Source: Alphaproteobacteria bacterium
GTDB lineage: Bacteria > Pseudomonadota > Alphaproteobacteria > SHVZ01
Length of the DNA stretch: 64,000 nt
Assembly: GCA_044223515.1 (NCBI GenBank)
Contig: JBGALV010000005.1
Coordinates: 15,689 to 79,688, forward strand
Direction of reading: 5' to 3'
The notes under the pieces are model-generated. The model made no database searches. It saw only the letters and a program-made list of their open reading frames with translations, and was not told the origin of the DNA. The number at the start of each line of letters is the position of its first letter. Position 1 is the stretch's first letter. Shown one piece after another: positions 28,990 through 36,825 of this stretch. Made by a program: the position numbers and the translations under genes.

Positions 28990-30570
28990 ATGAAAGCAAG
29001 ACTGCTTCACCTCCTGGCCGGCGCAGCCGTTGTCGCTGCGCCCTGGTTCTCATCGACGACTGCCTTCGCGCAGCAGAATGTGCTCAAGGTCGTGCCGATC
29101 GCCGACCTCAAGATCCTCGATCCGATCTGGACCTCGACCTCGATCACGCTGAACCACGCGAACATGGTCTACGACACCTTGTTCGCGCTGAACTCCAAGC
29201 TCGAGCCGAAGCCGCAGATGGTGGAGGACTTCAAGGTGAGCGCCGACGGCCTCACCTATACCTTCACGCTTCGTTCAGGACTTAAGTGGCATGACGGCTC
29301 GCCAGTGACGGCCGCCGACTGCGTCGCCTCGGTCAAGCGCTGGATGAGCAAAGACAGCCGCGGCGTGCTGGTGGCGGGCTTCACCGCCTCGGTCACCGCC
29401 GACAACGCGGCGACCTTCACCTGGAAGCTCAAGGAGCCCTTCGGCCAGCTACCGGCGAGCCTGGCGAAGATCGCCTCGTACTCCGCCTACATGATGCCGG
29501 AGCGGATCGCGTCGACCCCGGCGACGACGCAGATCGACGATCCCACCGGGTCGGGCGCCTACATGTTCGACAAGCCGCAATGGAACCCGGGCGTGAAGGC
29601 GGTCTACAAGAAGTTCACCGGCTACGTGCCGCGCTCGGAGCCGTCGGACATGGCGGCGGGCGCGCGTCTTGCCAAGGTCGACACGGTCGAATGGATCGTG
29701 CTGCCCGATCCGGCGGTCGCGACCGCGGCGCTCAATCGCGGCGAGGTCGACTTCATCGACCAGCCGAAGGCCGACCTGCTGCCGGTGATGCGCAAGAACC
29801 CGGACCTGGTGGTCAAGGTCAACGATCCGCTGGGCTCGATGTACATCATCCGCCCGAACCATCTGCATCCGCCGTTCAACAATCCGAAGGCGCGCGAGGC
29901 GCTGGTCGCGCTGACCGACCAGACCGAGTTCATGCAGGCGGTCGGCGGCGATCCGGAACTGTACCGGACTTGCGACTCCTTCATGTTCTGCGGCACGCCC
30001 AGCTACTCGACCGCAGGCCGGGTCAAGGCGAACACCAAGCCCGATCTCGACAAGGCGAAGAAGCTGTTCGAGGAGGCGGGCTACAAGGGCGAGCCGATCG
30101 TCGTGCTGAACCCGGCCGACACCGTCTATTCGCCGGCGGCGCAGCTGATGGCGCAGAACCTGAAGAAGATCGGGCTCAACGTCACGCTGGACACGATGGA
30201 CCCTGGCCTGCACTCGCAGCGTCGCGAGAGCAAGGCGGTGCCGGGGCAGGGCGGCTGGAGCCTGATCGCCTCGTACTGGGAGGGCACCCTGATCAACCCG
30301 ATCGACTACCCGGTGATCAACGGCGCCTGCGAGAAGGCTTGGGTCGGCTGGCCCTGCAATCCCGAGGTCGAGCGTCTGCGCCTCGCCTGGGCCAAGGAAG
30401 CCGATCCGGCGAAGCAGAAGGTCGTCCTCGACCAGCTGCATACCCAGATCGCCGACAACGTGATGATGGTGCCGCTGGGACAGCGTGCGACCGTCGTCGC
30501 GTTCCGCAAGAACGTGACCGGCGTGATCTCCTCGCCGGTGCTGCTGCTCTGGAACATCTCCAAGAGCTGA
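28990..30570 (+). CDS. ABC transporter substrate-binding protein, family 5 (peptide/nickel type); no adjacent permease or ATPase
   Basis: Signal peptide MKARLLHLLAGAAVVAAPWFSSTTAFA. SBP_bac_5-like core (LKVVPIADLKILDP...TLFALNSKLEPKPQM...WHDGSPVTAADCV). Confidence 0.85.
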   Translation: MKARLLHLLAGAAVVAAPWFSSTTAFAQQNVLKVVPIADLKILDPIWTSTSITLNHANMVYDTLFALNSKLEPKPQMVEDFKVSADGLTYTFTLRSGLKWHDGSPVTAADCVASVKRWMSKDSRGVLVAGFTASVTADNAATFTWKLKEPFGQLPASLAKIASYSAYMMPERIASTPATTQIDDPTGSGAYMFDKPQWNPGVKAVYKKFTGYVPRSEPSDMAAGARLAKVDTVEWIVLPDPAVATAALNRGEVDFIDQPKADLLPVMRKNPDLVVKVNDPLGSMYIIRPNHLHPPFNNPKAREALVALTDQTEFMQAVGGDPELYRTCDSFMFCGTPSYSTAGRVKANTKPDLDKAKKLFEEAGYKGEPIVVLNPADTVYSPAAQLMAQNLKKIGLNVTLDTMDPGLHSQRRESKAVPGQGGWSLIASYWEGTLINPIDYPVINGACEKAWVGWPCNPEVERLRLAWAKEADPAKQKVVLDQLHTQIADNVMMVPLGQRATVVAFRKNVTGVISSPVLLLWNISKS

Positions 30571-30628
30571 CGGTGATGCTCACGGCGGCTCCCTGTGGGG
30601 AGCCGCCGCTTTATTCGAGGGGGCAGTG

Positions 30629-32206
30629 ATGTTCGATCTGGTGATCTCGGGCGGCACCGTCGTCGACGGAACCGGCAAGGCCGGCTACAAGGGCGACGTC
30701 GGCATCACCGGCGAGACCATCGCCGCCATCGGCGATCTCTCGAAGTCCGAGGCCAGGCGCCGGATCGACGCGACCGGCCACACCGTCTCGCCCGGCTTCA
30801 TCGACACGCATACCCATTCGGAAGGCGCGCTGCTGGTCGACCCGCAGCATGCCAACGGCATCCGCCAAGGCATCACCACCGAGTTCCTCGGCATCGACGG
30901 CATGTCGTATGCGCCGCTCTCCGCCTACAACTTCAAGGCCTACCGCCATTGGCTCGGCGGGCTTCTCGGCGACCCGCCGGAAGACCTCGACATGCACAGC
31001 GTCGCCGCCTTCAAGCGCCACTATCACAAGAAGGTCGCGATCAACACCGCCTACTTCGTGCCGCACTCGACGGTGCGCCTGCAGGCGCTGGGATTCCATG
31101 ACAAGCCGCTGACCGGCGATGCGCTCGAGACCGCGAAGAAACTGACGCGCGAAGGGTTGGAGCAGGGCGCGATCGGCTTCACCACCGGCGGCAAGTACTA
31201 CCCCGGCCCCTGGGGCGACACCGAGGAGATCGTCGAGCTCGTCAAGATCGTGCGCGAATCCGGCAAGGTCTACATGTGCGAGCCGCGCAAGAACGTGGTC
31301 GCCCGCGCCCATGGCGGCGGCGGCGTCCTCGAAGGCATGGAAGTGGCGCGGCGGAGCGGTGCCAAGCTGCACTTCGCGCATTACCGCACGCAGCCCGAGA
31401 GCGCCGGCAACATCGCGGCGATCATGGATCCGATCGATGCCGTGCGCACGCCCGAGTCCGACGTCACCTTCGACATCTATCCCTATCCCTCGGGAAGCTC
31501 GATCGCGGTCAGCCTGCTGCCTGCCTTCGCCCAGGAGGACGGGCCGGTTGCGATCCTGAAGCGGCTGCGCGATCCGGCCGAGCGGCGGAAGATCGTCGAC
31601 TACCTCGACCACGACGAGAAGCAGATGCTCTCGACCATCATCCTCGGCTACATGCCGATGGCTCCGGAGATGGAAGGGACGAGGCTCACCGATCTCGCCG
31701 CCCGGCGCGGTCACACGCCCGGCGAGGCGCTCTGTGAGATCCTTATCGAGCAGAACCTCAAGGTCGGCCATGTCGGGGCGCCGCCGGAAAGCCATGCGAC
31801 ACGGCACCAGATGGACAAGGACTTCATGCAGCTGGTGGCGCGGCCGGACTACATGGTCTGCAGCGACATCACGCCGGCCGGTCGCTTCCCGCATCCGCGC
31901 AGCTACGGCGCCTTCCCACGCTTCCTGGGCCGGCTGCGCCGCGAGATCGGTGGCCTCACGCTGGAAGAGATGGTCCACCGGATGACCGGTCGTCCGGCAG
32001 CGCGCTTCAATCTCAAGGGCCGCGGGCGGATCGAGAAGGGCGCCTTCGCCGACATCACGGTCTTCGACGCGACGACGGTCAACGACACCTCGACCTACGA
32101 GGATCCGCGCCAGTTCCCGGTCGGCATCCCCTACGTGATCGTCAACGGCCAGGTCGCGGTCGACAACGAGCACTGCACCGGCGTCTACGCCGGCCAGGCG
32201 ATCTGA
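30629..32206 (+). CDS. N-acyl-D-amino-acid deacylase (D-aminoacylase) family amidohydrolase
   Basis: MFDLVISGGTVVDGTG...GDVGITGETIAAIGDLS...RRIDATGHTVSPGFIDTHTHSE parallels Alcaligenes D-aminoacylase. It has the metal-binding HxH. Confidence 0.85.
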   Translation: MFDLVISGGTVVDGTGKAGYKGDVGITGETIAAIGDLSKSEARRRIDATGHTVSPGFIDTHTHSEGALLVDPQHANGIRQGITTEFLGIDGMSYAPLSAYNFKAYRHWLGGLLGDPPEDLDMHSVAAFKRHYHKKVAINTAYFVPHSTVRLQALGFHDKPLTGDALETAKKLTREGLEQGAIGFTTGGKYYPGPWGDTEEIVELVKIVRESGKVYMCEPRKNVVARAHGGGGVLEGMEVARRSGAKLHFAHYRTQPESAGNIAAIMDPIDAVRTPESDVTFDIYPYPSGSSIAVSLLPAFAQEDGPVAILKRLRDPAERRKIVDYLDHDEKQMLSTIILGYMPMAPEMEGTRLTDLAARRGHTPGEALCEILIEQNLKVGHVGAPPESHATRHQMDKDFMQLVARPDYMVCSDITPAGRFPHPRSYGAFPRFLGRLRREIGGLTLEEMVHRMTGRPAARFNLKGRGRIEKGAFADITVFDATTVNDTSTYEDPRQFPVGIPYVIVNGQVAVDNEHCTGVYAGQAI

Positions 32207-33598
32207 TCAGCGCGCCATCCTGAACGGCCGCGCCGCCTCGAAGGCGGCGGAGGCCCGCATGATCAGGTCTTCGCGGAACATCGGCCCGACGATATGAAGG
32301 CCGATGGGAAGGCCGTCGACGAATCCGGCGGGGCACGAGGCGGCCGGCTGGCGCGTCATGTTGAACGGCCAGGTGAACGGCGACCAGTGCAGCCAGGTCG
32401 GGAACGTCGCCTTGTCCGGCGTGACCTGCCCCGCGTCGAAGGCCGTGATCGGCATCGTCGGCGTCACCAGCAGGTCGTACTTGTTGTGGAAGAGCTTCAT
32501 CGTCCGCGCCATGTCGAGGCGCACGTCCTGGGCGGCGATGAAGTCGGTCGCCGGAATGCCGAGGCCCGAGACGCCGCATTCGAGCAGCGCCGGCTCCATC
32601 AGCTTGATCTGCTCCGGCGGCATCTTGGTCAGCCGCTTGGCGTTGGAGGCACGCCAGATGATGTCGATCGCCCAGGCCGGATCGGGGAAGCCGGGATCGA
32701 CGACCTCGACGATCGCGCCGGCCTGCTCCAGCACCTTCACCGCCCTGGCGATCTCGTCGGCGATGCGCGGATCGACGACCTTGATGTAGCCGAGGTTCGG
32801 GCTGAAGGCGATCTTGAGGCCCTTCACGCCCTTCTTGATCTCGGCGACGTAGTCGATGTTCCCCGACGGGAGTCCCCAAGGATCGCGCTCGTCGGGCTCC
32901 GCGATCACGTTCAGCATCGCCGCCGTGCAGGCGACGGTGCGGCCGAGCGGACCATGCACCGACATGTCGGCGATACCGGCGGCAGTCGGTGTCGAGACGC
33001 GGCCGTAGCTCGGCTTGATGCCGAAGACGCCGGAGAAGGCGCACGGCATGCGGATCGAGCCGCCGCCGTCGCCGCCGGTGGCGATGGGACCGATGCCGGT
33101 CGAGACCGACACCGCGGCGCCGCCTGAGGAGCCGCCCGCACCCTTGGCCTCGTTCCACGGATTGCGGGTGATGCCGGAAAGCGGGCTGTCGGTCATGCCC
33201 TTCCAGCCGAATTCCGGTGTCGTCGTCTTGCCGAAGAACACCGCGCCGGCATCACGGAGCCGCGCTGTCATCGGCCCGTCGAAATCGACGGGAGTATCGG
33301 GGATGGTCAGGCTGCCGAAGCGGAAGGGCCAGCCCTTGACCGCGTTGGTGTCCTTGATCGGGATCGGCAGGCCGTCGAACGGGCCCTTGGGCGTGCCCTT
33401 CTGCCAGCGTGCCTCGGACTCCTTCGCCATCCTCTTCCCGGTCTCCCTGTCGATCAGGCAGAACGGGTTGAAGCGCGGCTGCACCTCGTCGAGGCGCTTC
33501 AGCGATGCTTCCAGCGCCTCGACCGGCGACAGCGTCTTCGCGCGGAACGCGGCGATCATCTCGGCGACGGTCATCGCGGTGGAGTCGGTCGCGGGCAT
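32207..33598 (-). CDS. Amidase (amidase-signature family)
   Basis: AS signature GGSSGGAAVSVSTGIGPIATGGDGGGSIRMPCAFSGVFGIKPSYGRVS (Ser-cisSer-Lys family). Confidence 0.9.
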   Translation of the reverse strand: MPATDSTAMTVAEMIAAFRAKTLSPVEALEASLKRLDEVQPRFNPFCLIDRETGKRMAKESEARWQKGTPKGPFDGLPIPIKDTNAVKGWPFRFGSLTIPDTPVDFDGPMTARLRDAGAVFFGKTTTPEFGWKGMTDSPLSGITRNPWNEAKGAGGSSGGAAVSVSTGIGPIATGGDGGGSIRMPCAFSGVFGIKPSYGRVSTPTAAGIADMSVHGPLGRTVACTAAMLNVIAEPDERDPWGLPSGNIDYVAEIKKGVKGLKIAFSPNLGYIKVVDPRIADEIARAVKVLEQAGAIVEVVDPGFPDPAWAIDIIWRASNAKRLTKMPPEQIKLMEPALLECGVSGLGIPATDFIAAQDVRLDMARTMKLFHNKYDLLVTPTMPITAFDAGQVTPDKATFPTWLHWSPFTWPFNMTRQPAASCPAGFVDGLPIGLHIVGPMFREDLIMRASAAFEAARPFRMAR

Positions 33599-33610
33599 GA
33601 GCGTTTCCTT

Positions 33611-34825
33611 CTAGCTGGGCAGGATCTCCGACAGCGCCTGGAGCAGGCGGTCGACCTCGGCGTCGTCGTTGTAGTGGGCGAAGCTGATGCGGATCACGCC
33701 CTCGACGCCGAGCGCGTCGACGCAGCGCTTGGCGTAGAAGTGGCCGTGGCCGACCGCGATCTTGCGGTCGAACAGCGCCTTCGCCACCTCGGTCGAGGTC
33801 TTGCCCTCGACGGTGAAGCAGATGATCGGGGCCCGCGCTCCATCCTCGCCGACCAGCCGCACGCTCTTCCGGCTCTTCAGGAAGTCGACGATGCGGGCGC
33901 CGAGCCGCTTCTCGTGATCCTCAATCAGCTTGAAGACCCGCGCGTAGCGGGCGCGGGGCGAATTGTCGCCCGAGCCGAAGTGATGCTTGTAGAGCAGGTC
34001 GAGGTAGTCGCCGGTGCCGCCGAGGCCGGCGACCAGCTCGTAGGTGAGGCCGCCGGGATTGAGCGTCTGCGGCGACGACGTGATGAACTCGTGCGCCTGC
34101 GGCTTCGCGCGCTTCGCCAGATCCGGCTTCACCCAGAGGATGCCGATATGCGTCCCGAAGATCTTGTAGGCCGAGCATGCATAGGCATCGACGCCGAGGG
34201 CGCGCACGTCGATCAGGTGATGCGGCGCGTAGCCGACACCGTCGACGATGGTGAGCGCGCCGACCCTCTTCGCGCGCTCGGCGACCGATGCCACGTCGTT
34301 CACCGTGCCGACGACGTTCGAGCAATGCGTGACGCAGACGAGCCTGGTCTTGGGCGACAGCAGCTTGTCGAGATCGGCCAGGCGCAGCTCGCCGGTCTTG
34401 CGGTCGACCTGCCACTCACGGATCACCATCCCGAACTCGGCAAGCCGACGCCAGGAGCCGACATTCGCTTCGTGGTCCTGGTCGGTGACGATTACCTCGT
34501 CGCCCGGCTGGAACAGCGGCCGGAGCGCGTGCGAGAGCACATAGAAGTTCAGCGTCGTCGACGGCCCGAGCACGATCTCCTCGGGCTCGACGCCGAGCAG
34601 GTCGGCCGCGAGCCGCTTGCCGTCGGCCATCTTCTGGCGCGAGACCAGCGAAGGCGCGGAGTCGTAGGAGGGCTGCGCGAAGCTATGACTGACGAAATCG
34701 ATCAGCCGCTTGCGGACGGGCTCGGGCACCAGGCTGCCGCCGGCGTTCTCGAAGAACGCGGTGCCGTCGGCAAGCTGGGGAAACTGGCGTCGCACGAAGG
34801 CGACGTCGAGGGAGGGTGAGGTCAT
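33611..34825 (-). CDS. Class V aminotransferase-fold PLP enzyme, cysteine desulfurase (SufS/CsdA)-like
   Basis: VRRQFPQL...FFENAGGSLVP N-terminus, THCSNVVGT and PLP-lysine context CSAYKIFG. Start is ATG 34825. Only 12 nt separate it from the amidase gene. Confidence 0.85.
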   Translation of the reverse strand: MTSPSLDVAFVRRQFPQLADGTAFFENAGGSLVPEPVRKRLIDFVSHSFAQPSYDSAPSLVSRQKMADGKRLAADLLGVEPEEIVLGPSTTLNFYVLSHALRPLFQPGDEVIVTDQDHEANVGSWRRLAEFGMVIREWQVDRKTGELRLADLDKLLSPKTRLVCVTHCSNVVGTVNDVASVAERAKRVGALTIVDGVGYAPHHLIDVRALGVDAYACSAYKIFGTHIGILWVKPDLAKRAKPQAHEFITSSPQTLNPGGLTYELVAGLGGTGDYLDLLYKHHFGSGDNSPRARYARVFKLIEDHEKRLGARIVDFLKSRKSVRLVGEDGARAPIICFTVEGKTSTEVAKALFDRKIAVGHGHFYAKRCVDALGVEGVIRISFAHYNDDAEVDRLLQALSEILPS

Positions 34826-34895
34826 CTGGCGGCGTTTCCTAAAGGCGGGGCGAGGCGTTCTTAAAGCCACCTCGCCCGCTCGGCCGCCCTAGGAA

Positions 34896-35486
34896 TCAGT
34901 ACGGATGCTTGGCGTGGAAGGCTTGGACGCCCTTCTCGTACAAGCGATACACCATCGGCTCGAAGTGCTCCAGCGGCAGGTAGTCGTACTTGCCGAAGCA
35001 GTTCATGTCGTAGTGCTCGCAGAACCGCATCGCCGCCTCGAAGTACGGGTGGCCGCGATACTTCTCGCAGGCCTTCGTGTCGAACTTCGAATGGTCGCGG
35101 AACGAGAGCTGGAAGATCTGGTGGTTGGCGACCACCCAGTGCAGCTCCTCCGACACGTAGTGGCGAAGCGCGTCGCCGGCGAGCTTGTCGTGATTGTAGG
35201 GGTTGAGGTCCTGGCAGAGGTCGTGCAGCAGCGCCGCGACGATGTATTCCTCGGTCTCGCCGTTCCGGAGCGCGCGGGTCGCGCACTGCAGCGAGTGCTC
35301 GTAGTTGTTGATCTGCCAGCCATGGTTCGGCACGTCCTTCTGCGAGCGCAGCAGGTCGATGACCGGCCGGCCGGCGTTCTTCTGGATCGCCTCGCGGCCG
35401 AGCTTGGTGACGTATTCCCAGTCCTCCGCCGTCGCTTCGCGGAAGGTGGTGGCCTCGACCGTGCGCCGGCCTTCGATGGTGTCCAT
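34896..35486 (-). CDS. Small HD-domain protein (196 aa) with an H..HD..H..H..D pattern; possible diiron-oxygenase (PhnZ/MIOX-like) rather than a phosphohydrolase
   Basis: YEHSLQCATRAL...IVAALLHDL core. Own numbering from ATG 35486 gives His64, His88-Asp89, His109, His132 and Asp160. The listed ORF start at 35825 is a spurious extension. Confidence 0.7.
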   Translation of the reverse strand: MDTIEGRRTVEATTFREATAEDWEYVTKLGREAIQKNAGRPVIDLLRSQKDVPNHGWQINNYEHSLQCATRALRNGETEEYIVAALLHDLCQDLNPYNHDKLAGDALRHYVSEELHWVVANHQIFQLSFRDHSKFDTKACEKYRGHPYFEAAMRFCEHYDMNCFGKYDYLPLEHFEPMVYRLYEKGVQAFHAKHPY

Positions 35487-35544
35487 GGACCCGATCTCCC
35501 GGAGAATTTCGTTTAGGAAACGTAGCCGGTTCCAGGGAGGTTGG

Positions 35545-36366
35545 CTAGGCGGCGGCGTCCTCGACGGGATGGAAGCTCTCGATCCGGAGCTCCTGCAGCG
35601 TGATGTCCTCCGCCGTGCCGAGCGTGGCGATGGTCGAGAGCAGCCGCTGCGTGCCGGCAGGGCTCCGGATTTCCACAGGCACGACCAAGCCGACCTGGGC
35701 GCCGTCGAGCTCGCGTGGATCGGGGCCGGGCACGCCTGGATAGCCCATGACCTCGCCGAGCAGGGCGCGCCGGCCGGCGTCGCCGTCGCGCAGCACCTCG
35801 CGGCGCGCACGGGCGAGCACCGCACGTGCCGTCTCCTCCCAGTTGGCGACGATGCGGCGGGCGCCGTCGGGGCGGCAAAGCATGCGGAGGATGTTGGGAC
35901 GCGGCTTGCTCGTCAGGATCAGCGGCGGCAGCGGCGCATGTCCTTCCGGCAGCAGTGCGTTGACCATGCCCGCATAGGCCGTGTTGGCCATCACCACGTC
36001 CCAGCCGGCATCGAAAGCTACCGCCGGGTACGGCTCGTGGCGCCTGAGGATCATGCGGACGGCGGAGAGGATCTCGGCCATCTCGGGCGCGTCCAGCGCG
36101 GTCTCGCGATAGACCGGGGCGTATCCGGCGGCCAGCAGCAGATTGTTGCGGTCGCGGAGTGGCACCGCCAGCGCACCGCAGAGCCTCAGCACCATGTCGC
36201 GGCTGGGCTTGGTCCGCCCGGTCTCGACGAAGCTCAGGTGCCGCGACGAGATGCCGCTTTCGAGGGCGAGGTCGAGCTGGCTCATCCGCCGGCCCTTGCG
36301 CCAGCGCTGGATCAGCCCGCCGATGGCCGGCGCGCGACCGGCCTGGGTGTCGGTACGAAGGGTCAT
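35545..36366 (-). CDS. XRE-family HTH regulator with MmyB-like C-terminal ligand-binding domain
   Basis: HTH GGLIQRWRKGRRMSQLDLALESGISSRHLSFVETGRTKPSRDMVLRL, followed by a roughly 190-aa MmyB-type domain. ATG 36366 is preferred over TTG 36375. Confidence 0.8.
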   Translation of the reverse strand: MTLRTDTQAGRAPAIGGLIQRWRKGRRMSQLDLALESGISSRHLSFVETGRTKPSRDMVLRLCGALAVPLRDRNNLLLAAGYAPVYRETALDAPEMAEILSAVRMILRRHEPYPAVAFDAGWDVVMANTAYAGMVNALLPEGHAPLPPLILTSKPRPNILRMLCRPDGARRIVANWEETARAVLARARREVLRDGDAGRRALLGEVMGYPGVPGPDPRELDGAQVGLVVPVEIRSPAGTQRLLSTIATLGTAEDITLQELRIESFHPVEDAAA

Positions 36367-36472
36367 GCAGGGCAAGGTAGCGGCGCCGGTGGCGCCCGGC
36401 CATTACCTCCGAGGTAGGCGTTTCGGCCCACTCGTTGCCGGGCGCCGGCCGGCGGGGTATGACGACGCCGCC

Positions 36473-36814
36473 ATGAGCCTCGACGAACCGGTCTTCGAAC
36501 GCCTCGCCAACGAGACGCTGAAGTACCTCCTCGGCACGATCGAGGAGGCGCTCGGCGACCATCTCGACATCGACCTCGAGGGCGGCATCCTGACCATCCG
36601 CCTCGAAGCCGGCGGCATCTACGTGATCAACCGGCAAGGACCCACGCGCCAGATCTGGCTCGCCTCGCCGGCTTCGGGCGCCTGGCACTTCGATTTCCGC
36701 GAGGGTCCGGGCAAGGCCTCCCGCTGGGTCCCGACCAAGGGCGGCGCGACGCTGGCGGGCCTCCTCGCCGGCGAGCTCACGGCGGCGACCGGCGTCGCGC
36801 TCACGCTGGATTGA
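36473..36814 (+). CDS. cyaY: Iron donor protein CyaY (frataxin homologue)
   Basis: FERLANETLKYLLGTIEE...LDIDLEGGILTIRLEAGGIYVINRQGPTRQIWLASPASGAWHF is the typical frataxin fold pattern. Length is 113 aa. Confidence 0.85.
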   Translation: MSLDEPVFERLANETLKYLLGTIEEALGDHLDIDLEGGILTIRLEAGGIYVINRQGPTRQIWLASPASGAWHFDFREGPGKASRWVPTKGGATLAGLLAGELTAATGVALTLD

Positions 36815-36825
36815 TAGTCCCTTAA

